Source: Planctomycetota bacterium (GTDB taxonomy: Bacteria > Planctomycetota > UBA8108 > SXIK01). From it: DNA of 64,000 bases. The notes beneath the pieces are model-generated. The model searched no databases. It saw only the letters and a program-made list of their open reading frames with translations, and was not told the DNA's origin. Each line of letters opens with the position of its first letter. The first letter of the stretch is position 1. The position numbers were made by a program, and so were the translations under genes. Positions 17,326-26,981 of the stretch are shown piece by piece. The stretch spans positions 2,144,001-2,208,000 of the forward strand of contig OZ244999.1 of NCBI GenBank assembly GCA_965223265.1, written 5' to 3'.

Positions 17326-20202
17326 GTGGCTGAGACTTCTTGCAGCGAGATGACTGAACGCGGACATTCTCTCTTTCCGGGAAGGGCGAGTGGGTCACGG
17401 TTCGCTGCATTTTGTCTCAGCGCGATATGCTTGATTCCCGCACCTCTTGTAGGTTCTGCTGCTTGGAGTCGAGAAGATGCTGCGTTCGCCGAGTTCCTCA
17501 TCGTGTCGCTGGGTTACTTTGACACGGCCGAGCGGTGGCTCGCTCAGAGGGCTGCGGAGTGTCGTGACGAGTCGTGTCGTGCCGAGGTCGACTCGAAGCG
17601 TCTCGACGTGCTGCGCCGGCGTGGCGACACGAAAGCCCTGGAAGCCGCGCTGAAGAAGTTTCAGGAAGACTACCCGTGGCACGGGAGGGCTTCTCTTGCC
17701 GACCTCGAGCGTGCAAGCGAAACGCTGACCGCGATCCGGGCTGATTTGGAGCGTGCTGCTGGCGCCCCGAGTTCGGAGGCGGCGAAGATCTATTCTTCCG
17801 CACGAAGCCGATTCGCCGAGCTCGACCGTGGGATGGAAGGATTGATCAAGTCGTTTGAGAAACGTCTCCGGTCCAAGTCGTCGGATCAGGACGAGTCAGA
17901 GCGATTGGTGCGCAATCGCGACCAGACCGAGCTCGCGCGCATCAAGTTTCACCTCGTCTATGCTCGCCGACTGCCGATTGACGCGAAAGACCGGCTGCGT
18001 ACGCTCGAGAGAGGACTCAAGCTGGCCGACGAGTTCGTGTTCGAGCGGGCTGACTTCTACGTCATGCAGTACGATGCGCAGCTGCAGCGTGGCCTTCTCG
18101 CCTACGAGCTCGGCAAGTATGTGATGGCGGAATCACACTTGAGTGCTCTCTACTCGGCGCCTCCGCAGGGGCCGCCTCCCCACTCTTCTGAGCTTCTAGA
18201 TCTCCTCAAAGAGTTGCGGTTGAATGCGCTCTTATTCGGCAGCCGCGCGCTCAATGCTGCGACGAACTTCCGCGTCGCCAGCGACACGCTCAAAAAGTTC
18301 GCCTTCACGGCGGACCCGGACGATCCTATCGATCTCACAAAAGTGCGCGATGACCCTTCTTTGCAGCACTTCGGCGTGCTCCTCGATCTAGAGTACGGAG
18401 TGGCGCTCGTTGGTTCGGGGGCGCGTGACGAGGGCTTCGCTGCGATTCAGCGCGTGATCGCCGATTTTCGCGACAAGAGTGATGCGGTCTCGCAGGGATT
18501 CGTGACCGACGCACGGCGTGCCCTTGGTCGAATTGCAGCGGTTAAGGGAGTTGATCTTCGTGGTCGTGACGTCTACGAAGCGGCACAAGGCCTCAAGAGC
18601 GAGCTTCGCTTCGCCGACGCTCTCGATGCTTTCCGCGATGCTCTCCGTGTGTCGTCGGAGAGAGAGCTCCCTGAAATGGGCCCACTCTGTCTGAATGAAA
18701 TCGGCGAGCTTCTCTTTCTGCTCGACCGTTTTCACGAATCGGCGGTTGCCTACGCGGAGCTGTTCGGGTCCTTTCGCAGCAGCGTGGCGGAGAGTGCAAT
18801 CGCCGCCAAGGCTGCCAACAACTTCGTTGCGGCCGTGACCAAAAGCATGGAGTTGACTCCTGGCGGGCAGGATAACGAGGTGCTTCAGAAGCTGAACGCT
18901 GAAGCCAACAGAGCATACGAACGCTTCGGCGGCACCGGCCTGGCGTCGGAAGAAGCCCTGATGGCTCAGGCGCAGCAATTTGAGGCTGACGGTGATTTCG
19001 AGCGTGCGCGCGAGACTTATCTCAAAGTGCGGCCCGTCGTCGAAAGGAAGGATTCCGAGACCAAGGTGCCTTTCTATTGGCGCGCCCAGGCGAGTGCCGA
19101 AGCGATGCTGTTCGCGTCTTGGCGCAGCACTCAGGGAGAAGGCGCGAGCCAGAGTGAAGTTGACATTTCCGAGGTCGTCAATCGTCTCAAGGAGATTCAA
19201 CCGCAAGCGCTGAATGACGGTGACATTGGCGGTGCGGCGACTGCGACGCTGACGCTCGGGCAAATTCACTACGAGCAAGAAGATTGGGCCGCCGCTGTCG
19301 ATTTTCTCCAGCCGTTTGCAGATGGCTCGCTTCAGGGTGCAGATGAGCTGATCTGTGCGGGCTTGGGTTTTTTGACTCTGGCTTATGTGCGGCAAGGGCA
19401 GTGCGAGCCGGCACAACAGCACTTCGATGTGATGCGCCGCGAATTCAAGAAAGAGTGCGCCGACGCACCGATCTTTGCATTTGCTGCCCTCGATCTCGGC
19501 GACTGTTTTTTCGCTGCTGGCGATGCCTCAAATGCAGCCTTGTACAGTCTTTCCTTCGCACTTCACGGTACATCCAAGGATGACCTGCGAGATTTCGACA
19601 CGCTGGTGATGGTGGCATCGCGCCTTGCGAGCGGAGCCGAAGTCGCTAAGGGCCGTCGACGGAAAGTGTTCGTCCAGCAAGCGAGCCGGTTTCTCAGGGC
19701 TGCGAAGAAACGCAAATCAGCAAAGAGTTCGGAGTCGCGGCGACAGTTGGTCCTGATCGAAGCCAAAGTCCTCGCGCTCAGCGGCAAGGAGGCTGCCGCT
19801 GAGAAGAAGCTGCTGTCGTACGTCGAGCGCTTTGGTGCGGCGAAGGGAGAAAACCACGAAGATCCCTTCGTCTTTCGTGACCTAGCCGAGCTGTTGTGGA
19901 AAGAGCGCGAAGATGGGAGGCGAACGACCAAGCGAGTCGAGTCTGCCGCGAGATACTACGAAGCGGCGTGCGCATTGTTGGAGCGACGACTGGTGGGGCA
20001 GCCACAGCTGCAGAGCATGTTTTGGCAGTGGGCTCTGCAGATGGTTCGCGTGCGGCTGTTTCTCGCCGAAGCTGGCGATGCGAACAGTCGCGGAAGAATT
20101 ATTACGTTCATCAAGCCAAGACTTGGTTCCGAGATGGGCGGGCTGAAAAAGGAATTTCGTGCCGTGTTGGCGCGAGTGGAGAGGCTCAATGAAAAGACGT
20201 GA
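17326..20202 (+). CDS. Large exported all-helical TPR-like protein
   Basis: 958-aa ORF, hydrophobic N-terminal signal, many TPR-like repeats (LGYFDTAERWL, LGQIHYEQEDWAAAVDF); start uncertain (17326 or 17350). Confidence 0.75.
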   Translation: MAETSCSEMTERGHSLFPGRASGSRFAAFCLSAICLIPAPLVGSAAWSREDAAFAEFLIVSLGYFDTAERWLAQRAAECRDESCRAEVDSKRLDVLRRRGDTKALEAALKKFQEDYPWHGRASLADLERASETLTAIRADLERAAGAPSSEAAKIYSSARSRFAELDRGMEGLIKSFEKRLRSKSSDQDESERLVRNRDQTELARIKFHLVYARRLPIDAKDRLRTLERGLKLADEFVFERADFYVMQYDAQLQRGLLAYELGKYVMAESHLSALYSAPPQGPPPHSSELLDLLKELRLNALLFGSRALNAATNFRVASDTLKKFAFTADPDDPIDLTKVRDDPSLQHFGVLLDLEYGVALVGSGARDEGFAAIQRVIADFRDKSDAVSQGFVTDARRALGRIAAVKGVDLRGRDVYEAAQGLKSELRFADALDAFRDALRVSSERELPEMGPLCLNEIGELLFLLDRFHESAVAYAELFGSFRSSVAESAIAAKAANNFVAAVTKSMELTPGGQDNEVLQKLNAEANRAYERFGGTGLASEEALMAQAQQFEADGDFERARETYLKVRPVVERKDSETKVPFYWRAQASAEAMLFASWRSTQGEGASQSEVDISEVVNRLKEIQPQALNDGDIGGAATATLTLGQIHYEQEDWAAAVDFLQPFADGSLQGADELICAGLGFLTLAYVRQGQCEPAQQHFDVMRREFKKECADAPIFAFAALDLGDCFFAAGDASNAALYSLSFALHGTSKDDLRDFDTLVMVASRLASGAEVAKGRRRKVFVQQASRFLRAAKKRKSAKSSESRRQLVLIEAKVLALSGKEAAAEKKLLSYVERFGAAKGENHEDPFVFRDLAELLWKEREDGRRTTKRVESAARYYEAACALLERRLVGQPQLQSMFWQWALQMVRVRLFLAEAGDANSRGRIITFIKPRLGSEMGGLKKEFRAVLARVERLNEKT

Positions 20203-20281
20203 ATCGACGTCGACGGCTCCGCGTGCACCTGGTTCGGCCCGTTCTGCGCGGGGAATGGTCTGCGTGCCGCGTCGCGTTCGA

Positions 20282-21316
20282 ATGCCCATGCGTCCACTGA
20301 ACGTCAGTCTTGGAGTTGCGCACCTCGCGGTAACGGCGGGGCTGTTCTGCTTTGCGGGATTCGCCGCGGCTGACGAGATCGAGTTGGTCTCCGGTAGTCC
20401 CCGCAAAAACGTCAAAATTGTTCGAGCGACTTATGAGGAAATCGAATACACGCTCTCGGGAGCGGGGAAGTCGACACAGAAGGAGCCTGCGGAGCGCGTC
20501 CTTTCGATCACCCGCGCGACGTCGAGCAATGATTTGCGCGCTGGGCGTGCGGCACTGGAGCGCGCAGACTACGACACCGCGATCCGGCGACTTGAGGCGA
20601 TTGCCAAGGCTGCTGCGGATTGGGAACGCGCCGAGGCGGCGTATCTGGTCGGACGAGCGCTCGCTGCCAAGGGAGAGCGCAAGAAGGCAGCAGCGCAGCT
20701 GCAGCAGTTTGTCGAGGAATTCGGTCCAGCAAAGGACTGGTGGGTGCCTCACGCTCTCAACGACTTGGGGGACATCCAGATCCGCGGCAAACGTGCCGCG
20801 TCGGCGAAAAAGTCGTTCGCCCGACTCGGGAAGCTTGGTGGCCGCTGGGAATCGGCGGCCACGGTCGGCGCGGCTCGCGTCGCCATCGCCGAACGTGACA
20901 AAGACGGATACCGCGGTGTACAGGAGAAACTTGGCTCGATTCTACGCAGTAGAAACGCCCCGCGACAGCTGAAGGAAGAGGCGGCACTTCTACGTGCAGA
21001 GATTTTTCTTCTACGTTCCCAGGGTGATCGTGCACTCGAGGAGTTGGGTCGGATCTTCTTTGACGCCACAGCGTCAAGCGAGGCCGGCTATTCCGCCCGA
21101 CGCGCTGCTGCATACTTGCTCGCAGGCAAAGCGGAAGCCAGCAAGGGAGGAACGGGGAATCTTCAGAAAGCAGAGATCCATTTTTTGAAAGTCGCGGCTC
21201 TTTTTCGCAACCAGGGCGAGGTCTATCGCGACGCCTGCAGCGAGCTGGCGAAAATCTACACTCAACTGAAACAGCCGAAACGAGCTGACCACTGGAAGAA
21301 GCGCGCCAAGGAGTAG
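20282..21316 (+). CDS. Exported TPR protein (CpoB/YbgF/BamD-like repeats)
   Basis: Signal peptide ending FAAA-DEI; TPRs (AEAAYLVGRALAAKG, ALNDLGDIQ, FLKVAALF); start uncertain (20189-20288). Confidence 0.75.
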   Translation: MPMRPLNVSLGVAHLAVTAGLFCFAGFAAADEIELVSGSPRKNVKIVRATYEEIEYTLSGAGKSTQKEPAERVLSITRATSSNDLRAGRAALERADYDTAIRRLEAIAKAAADWERAEAAYLVGRALAAKGERKKAAAQLQQFVEEFGPAKDWWVPHALNDLGDIQIRGKRAASAKKSFARLGKLGGRWESAATVGAARVAIAERDKDGYRGVQEKLGSILRSRNAPRQLKEEAALLRAEIFLLRSQGDRALEELGRIFFDATASSEAGYSARRAAAYLLAGKAEASKGGTGNLQKAEIHFLKVAALFRNQGEVYRDACSELAKIYTQLKQPKRADHWKKRAKE

Positions 21317-21318
21317 AA

Positions 21319-22140
21319 ATGATTGATCGACAACTGGACATGGGTCGTTCGACTCGGTCGACCTGCCCGCGTCAAAGGCTGATGCCGACCACACTCCTCC
21401 ACCCTGCGGCTGGGAGCGTCGGAGCGCGCGCTGCCTTTTTGTGCATGCTCTTCGTGGTCACCGGGTCTCTCCTCATCGATCCTGCGTTCGTGTTTGCCCA
21501 GGAGTCAGCCTCACAGCGTACGATGTTCGACAACGTGATCAGCGGTGGAGTTGTCGGATTCGTGATCATCCTGTGCTCGTTCGCCGGCGTTGCCCTGGCC
21601 GTAACGTTTTTCATGCAGATTCGGCACGACGTGCTCATTCCTCCCGAGGCACAAGAGCATGTGCAGGAGCTTCTTGACCGCAGCGATTTTCGCGGCGCCA
21701 TGGAGTTTTGCGAGGAAGACGATTCATTCTATTCCCGCGTGTTGGCACCCGGGTTGAGTCGAGTCGACGAAGGGGTCGACAGCATGCGTGACGCCATACA
21801 GGAAACCGGGGATTTCGAAGGCTCGAAGCTCCGTCAGAAGATCGGCTATCTGGCGCTGATCGCATCGGTGACGCCGATGCTCGGTCTGTTTGGTACGGTC
21901 AAAGGTATGATCGGGACGTTCAACACGATCGCGGACGCCGACACGCAACCGAAGCCTGCGCAGCTCGCCGATGGCATTGGCGAGGCGCTCATGACGACGT
22001 TTCTGGGACTGTTGGTCGCGATCCCGATGCTTGTGCTGCACTATTTCTTCAGGAATCGGCTCGCGAACATTCTGTTCGAGGCCGGGGTTCTTATGGACGA
22101 CATGACGCGGGCCCTCAAGGGCCAGCGGCGAGGGGCGTAA
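21319..22140 (+). CDS. MotA/TolQ/ExbB proton channel protein
   Basis: IASVTPMLGLFGTVKGMIGTF and GIGEALMTTFLGLLVAIP motifs; 3 core TMs. Confidence 0.92.
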   Translation: MIDRQLDMGRSTRSTCPRQRLMPTTLLHPAAGSVGARAAFLCMLFVVTGSLLIDPAFVFAQESASQRTMFDNVISGGVVGFVIILCSFAGVALAVTFFMQIRHDVLIPPEAQEHVQELLDRSDFRGAMEFCEEDDSFYSRVLAPGLSRVDEGVDSMRDAIQETGDFEGSKLRQKIGYLALIASVTPMLGLFGTVKGMIGTFNTIADADTQPKPAQLADGIGEALMTTFLGLLVAIPMLVLHYFFRNRLANILFEAGVLMDDMTRALKGQRRGA

Positions 22141-22144
22141 GCGC

Positions 22145-22627
22145 ATGCGGCGAACTCAAGCTGACGAGTCAGCAACCGAAATCGACATGACTCCTCTTAT
22201 CGATTGCGTGTTTTTGCTGATCTTGTTTTTCCTCTTGACCACGCAGATGGTGGCGCAGATTGAGGAAGTCGAGCTGCCGATTGCGCTGGAGACTCGAGAG
22301 CCCCCGAAAGGGCTCGCGGACAAGCCGCTCGTGATCAACGTCGTGCCAGGGAACCAGGAAGACGTGGGAGAGATTCGCTTCAGCGGCCAGACGATGACCC
22401 CTGAAGAACTCGAGAAGGCTCTTGCGGCCGAAGCACGATTCGATGCGGAAGCGCCGCCGCATGGCCGTGGTCGAGGCTGGGAGACGGTTGACGGCGGTCG
22501 GGCGTCGAAGCTGCGTGTCGTCGTGCGAGCCGACACCAACGTGTACTTCGAGTTTGTCGAAGCTGTGATGATGGCTTGTAGCAAGGCGAAAATCTACAAG
22601 ATCGAGGTCGCCTCGCTCGAGCCATGA
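22145..22627 (+). CDS. ExbD/TolR family protein 1
   Basis: IDMTPLIDCVFLLILFF with the conserved TM Asp; VVVRAD periplasmic motif. Confidence 0.9.
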   Translation: MRRTQADESATEIDMTPLIDCVFLLILFFLLTTQMVAQIEEVELPIALETREPPKGLADKPLVINVVPGNQEDVGEIRFSGQTMTPEELEKALAAEARFDAEAPPHGRGRGWETVDGGRASKLRVVVRADTNVYFEFVEAVMMACSKAKIYKIEVASLEP

Positions 22628-22676
22628 CTGCACTTGTTGATTGCGATGTGTTAGCACTCATTTCATTGGAAGCAAG

Positions 22677-23261
22677 ATGAAGTTCGGACGACCAGACGTC
22701 GAAGACATGAGGCCGAATCTGACGCCGATGATCGACATCATCTTCCAACTTCTCATCTTTTTCGTCTTGACCGCCAAATTTGTCGCCTTGGAAGGGCAAC
22801 TGCAGGCGTACCTTCCAAAGGATCGAGGCGCTGACGGCCCGCCGATGCCGCAGTTGGCTGACGACGTGCTCCTCTTCCTCCATCGCGTCGAAGACGAGAT
22901 CATCTGCAGCACGATTAACTATCAGTTCGGTGACGTCTCCAAACCCGAACATCGTTTTCCACGAGATCCAACCTCGCAGCGCACTGCCTCAGGGGGGTGG
23001 TCGACGCAAACGACGTGGGGCGAGGGTGACAACCGGGTCGATGTAAGCCTTGATTACGCGGCTCCCCATCTTGCAGACGTGGAGAAGTACCTTCAGTATC
23101 GCAGCGAGCAGTACAAAGTGAGCGGCATCAGCGCTAAGGGTCTGCCAGTTGAGCTAAAAATCGCCGACGACGTGGAGTGGCAGATGGCGGTGGCGCTTCT
23201 CGATATCTGCAAGCGCGTCGGCATCACCGATGTGACGTTTGCCGGCGACGAGAGCGGCTGA
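22677..23261 (+). CDS. ExbD/TolR family protein 2
   Basis: PNLTPMIDIIFQLLIFFVL with the conserved TM Asp; C-terminal LLDICKRVGITDVTFA. Confidence 0.88.
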   Translation: MKFGRPDVEDMRPNLTPMIDIIFQLLIFFVLTAKFVALEGQLQAYLPKDRGADGPPMPQLADDVLLFLHRVEDEIICSTINYQFGDVSKPEHRFPRDPTSQRTASGGWSTQTTWGEGDNRVDVSLDYAAPHLADVEKYLQYRSEQYKVSGISAKGLPVELKIADDVEWQMAVALLDICKRVGITDVTFAGDESG

Positions 23262-23636
23262 CGGAACGTCACGGATGTTTGGAGAATGAAAGGATTGCGA
23301 GCTCGAAACTAACCGGATTCTTTCACGTTTGAGGCCGCGGCGGCTCTCACGAGCTGCACCCCGCGCTGGCGACAGAAGCCGCGTCGAGGGTCCTGGTTAG
23401 GGCCGGAAGCCGGGAACGGAAAACCGGGGTTTCGCTGATTTTTCTAGCCACTTTTCGTCGCCGATGGTGGATCATCGAGGACTCTGCTCATCTCGTGAGC
23501 CTTCCTCTCGATTCACAGTCTCTCGATGCCAGTCGGTCCCGTCCGTTTCCGACCGAAGAGCTGGTGTCGTTCAATCCGTTAGAATGAAGTTGAGTTTGAA
23601 CCCGAAGGGTTTATCTCTGTGTAGAAGGAGCCCCTC

Positions 23637-26411
23637 ATGTTGACTCCGATTGTTGGAGTGGACGCACGACGCGCCTTGGCGTTGTGCCTGACTGCTATGC
23701 TTCTCTGGACTCTTGGCTGCGGAAGTCAGGAGTCGATTAGCGAGCGGCGTCGGCAGGCGCAAAGGCAGTTGCCGACGCGTGGCGCGAGCGAGTCAGAGCC
23801 GGTTGGCGAGACGAGCGCGCCAGTCGTCGACCAGCGCGAGGACGGTGCTGCGAGCGACGGCCGCGATGAGCTTGACGCACTCGGTCTCGACGACGATGCG
23901 GACCTCGACGAGCCGGACGATTTCGCCGATGCGGGTGACCGTGGGCGCGTTCGAGAGGGCGGCCGGGAGTCGCAGGCTCTGGAGCATTTCCGCCGACAGC
24001 TCTCGCTGCGGGAAAAAGAAGCGCGCTACCACAAGAAGGCAGGCGATGGCTTTTACCAGCAGGGGCGATTTGAGGATGCCGTCGCGAGTTATCGACGCGC
24101 TCTCGACCTCGACCCGGGTTTCGAGGCGGCACGTGAGCGGTTACTCGACACGCAAGAGATTCTCGGTGATCGCCCTGCCGCAGTATCGAACGCTCCCAAC
24201 CTGATTGAAGAAGAAAGAATTCGCCGCGAACAGAGAACGATCGAAATCAACCGCGCGCTTCGCGACGGCGAGGAAGCCTTCAACCGCGGCGAGGTTGACG
24301 AGGCGGAGCGGCTCGTGCAGCGGGCCGTCGATGCGATTCGAACTGATCCTGATTACGATCCAGATCAGCGCGCGCGGGCGCAGAATCTGCTGGAGCAGAT
24401 TCGTTCCCAAATGGAAGAGGTTGCCGCTGTCGTGCGAGACCAGCAACTCCAAGAAGCGCAGCGCCAGCAACAACACGAGCTCGAGGCGGAAGAACGGCGC
24501 AAGCATGAGCGAGTTCAGGTGCTTCTGCGAAAGGCTCTCGATCTTCGTCGCAAGCGTCGCTATCAGCAAGCTGTCGTCGTTTGTGAGCAGATTCTGACGA
24601 TCGAACCGGCGAACCGAATTGCTCGGTTTTGGCTCAACTCGTCGAACGAGGAGCTGATCAAGGAGCGACGTCTACGCTTAATCCACGATCGCGATATCAA
24701 CCGCAAGCTGCTCAACGAGAACATGCGTGAGGGCTCGATTCCCTACAACGACGTTTTCGTGTTTCCGGATGCCGACGACTGGGAGCGTACACGCAGCCGC
24801 TCTTCCACTCTGCAGTTCGGTACCGAGACTGTTGACTCGGAGCCGGTGCGGCGCATCAAGTCGATTCTGGAAAGTCGGCAGATGGACCTGCCGTATGACG
24901 AGGCCACCCCGCTGAGCGATATCATCGCAGACTTCAGGAATCTCCTCGGCATCAACATTGCGATCGATCCCGAGATCAACACCGACGAGAACCCGATTAG
25001 CATCAACGTTCAGAACGTGTCCGCCAAGAACGCTCTGAATCACGTGCTCGAGAAAGCCGGTCTTGGCTATAGCTTCCGAGACAACCTGCTGTACATCACG
25101 GCGCCTGAGAAAGCGACAGGTGACCTCAAGTTCGAGATCTACGACGTCTCGGATATTCTCAACAGCATCCGCGATTTCGCCGGTCCAGAGCTGCAGCTGA
25201 GGAGTCCTGGCGACACCACCTCCGGGGAACAGTCCATTGTCTTCACCGACGATCCGGGTGAGGCTGGCGATCAGACGATCGACTCCGATCAACTCATGGA
25301 GCTCATCGAAGGCAGCACCGGTGGTGAAGATGCATGGGGCGACCAGAACTCGATGGAGGAGCACAACGGCAGCCTCCTAGTGACTGCGTCTGCCGACATG
25401 CACGCGGGGATCGAACGCGTCCTCGCCAACCTTCGAAAGGACTCGGATCTCTTCGTCGTGATCGAGGCGCGGTTCATTGATATCAACGACGATTTTCTCG
25501 AGGACGTGGGTATCGACTCTCGAGCGCTCGGCGTCGTCAATAACTTTGGAACGCCGTTTGGAAACGTCATCAATGACACGAGAACCGGTGGCCAAGACCT
25601 CGGTTTCTCTAAGACTGGAAGCCCCACGCGCGACGTGACCCTGATCATGGGCCAGGACCGCTGGGCGGGTCGTATCGCCCACGTGATTGATGGCTTCACT
25701 GGCAGTTTCCGCCGTAACGGAAACCTGAACGCCGGTGGTGGAATCGGCGGTTTGACCCTTCAGCAAACTTGGCTCGAGCCGTTTCAGATCAACACGATTC
25801 TACGTGCGGTTCAGGAGCGTGCGGACGTGCGCCAACTTACGGCGCCAGTCGTGACCGCTGCGAACAATCAGCGCGTCTACGTGTCGGTCATCACCCAACG
25901 TGCGTACATCGCCGACTACGAGCTGGTCTCCGGTGGTACCGGTTTTGCGATCATCGAGGTCGCGGACCCGGTTGTTCAGACTTTCCAAGAGGGTGTGATC
26001 CTCGACGTCGAGCCGGTGATCTCCCACGACAAGAAGTACGTAACGCTCGACGTCAGGCCAACGCTTGCAACGTTGATCGGTGGCATTATCAGCACGATCA
26101 ATATCAGCCTAGGAAGCTTTACGAACGTCGCGTTCCAGGTGCCCATTGGCATCCCGGAGATCTCGCTCCAGCAGTCGTTCACCTCGGTCACGGTGCCGAA
26201 CCGTGGCACGGTCCTTTTGGGTGGGTTCAAGAGCCTCGACGAAGGTCAGTGGAAGTCGTACCTGCCGATCCTTGGGGACATCCCTCTTTTCGGGAATCTG
26301 TTCCGCAGGAAATCGACCGTGTCGGAAAAGCGGAGCTTAGTGATTCTGCTGTCAGCGACCATCGTCGATCTTCGCGTCTCCGAGAAGCAGAAGTTCAACG
26401 AAGCCGATTGA
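23637..26411 (+). CDS. Secretin 2 (PilQ/GspD family) with lipoprotein signal and TPR N-terminal region
   Basis: AAGGAG RBS; lipobox TLGC; TPR (FYQQGRFEDAVASYRRALDLDP); IEARFIDINDDFLEDVGID, LDVEPVISHDKKYV, TSVTVPNRGTVLLGG, PILGDIPLFGNLFR. Confidence 0.88.
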   Translation: MLTPIVGVDARRALALCLTAMLLWTLGCGSQESISERRRQAQRQLPTRGASESEPVGETSAPVVDQREDGAASDGRDELDALGLDDDADLDEPDDFADAGDRGRVREGGRESQALEHFRRQLSLREKEARYHKKAGDGFYQQGRFEDAVASYRRALDLDPGFEAARERLLDTQEILGDRPAAVSNAPNLIEEERIRREQRTIEINRALRDGEEAFNRGEVDEAERLVQRAVDAIRTDPDYDPDQRARAQNLLEQIRSQMEEVAAVVRDQQLQEAQRQQQHELEAEERRKHERVQVLLRKALDLRRKRRYQQAVVVCEQILTIEPANRIARFWLNSSNEELIKERRLRLIHDRDINRKLLNENMREGSIPYNDVFVFPDADDWERTRSRSSTLQFGTETVDSEPVRRIKSILESRQMDLPYDEATPLSDIIADFRNLLGINIAIDPEINTDENPISINVQNVSAKNALNHVLEKAGLGYSFRDNLLYITAPEKATGDLKFEIYDVSDILNSIRDFAGPELQLRSPGDTTSGEQSIVFTDDPGEAGDQTIDSDQLMELIEGSTGGEDAWGDQNSMEEHNGSLLVTASADMHAGIERVLANLRKDSDLFVVIEARFIDINDDFLEDVGIDSRALGVVNNFGTPFGNVINDTRTGGQDLGFSKTGSPTRDVTLIMGQDRWAGRIAHVIDGFTGSFRRNGNLNAGGGIGGLTLQQTWLEPFQINTILRAVQERADVRQLTAPVVTAANNQRVYVSVITQRAYIADYELVSGGTGFAIIEVADPVVQTFQEGVILDVEPVISHDKKYVTLDVRPTLATLIGGIISTINISLGSFTNVAFQVPIGIPEISLQQSFTSVTVPNRGTVLLGGFKSLDEGQWKSYLPILGDIPLFGNLFRRKSTVSEKRSLVILLSATIVDLRVSEKQKFNEAD

Positions 26412-26427
26412 CATCGCCTCCAAGCGG

Positions 26428-26492
26428 TAGCAACTGTTGAGAAAAAATGCTCCAGGCCAGACGAAACGTCGAGCCTGGAGCGTTTTTGTTGC
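26428..26492 (+). terminator. Intrinsic terminator after secretin 2, possibly derived from the MITE end
   Basis: GCTCCAGGC...GCCTGGAGC stem followed by GTTTTTGTT and preceded by an A-tract; the 5' part TAGCAACTGTTGAGAAAAAATGCT resembles the MITE terminus. Confidence 0.65.
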
Positions 26493-26981
26493 TGCGCACT
26501 CTTGAGACGTGCGGAAGTCTCTTGATCTTTGTGAGCTTCCCAGGCCTGGCGTGATTCTCTCTTCTGCACGCCAGCTCGCCAGGGAGCGTCTCCGATTCGT
26601 GGCGCGCAGAGCCTGGCCTGCCTGAGCTGTGCTGAGTTGCAGGCGAAGTCCGCGCTGTAACATTATCTCCCCTTCTCGCTGGGCCTGTCGGGCGGCATGG
26701 CGACCTGGTGTGCCAGGAAACTCCGATGCGGTCCCTGTCCCTCGAAGAAGATGATTCGCTCGAGACTGCTCTCTTCGCGGCGTGGAGATGGTTCGTGCTT
26801 GCCCGGCGGTTTGGGCGTGGAGGGAGCGGTTTTCGGCTCCGAGCGCTTTTCGGCAGGCCGCTGGGACGTTCTTTGCGGCTTGTGGAACGTGGTGACAGGT
26901 TGCTGAGAAAACCAACGACTGCCGATATGATGTTGGATGGAGTGATTATAAATTCAACCCTAGACGGAGTGACCGGCGAGC

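Noticed and set aside
8926-26492. Secretin locus as a composite transposon bounded by MITE ends
   Set aside because: The element is common in intergenic regions here, the right-hand copy is only a remnant, there is no shared target duplication, and base composition looks native
26500-26980. Small ORFs 26697-26906 and 26708-27019 between secretin 2 and the HAD gene
   Set aside because: No RBS or motif support and atypical composition; treated as intergenic
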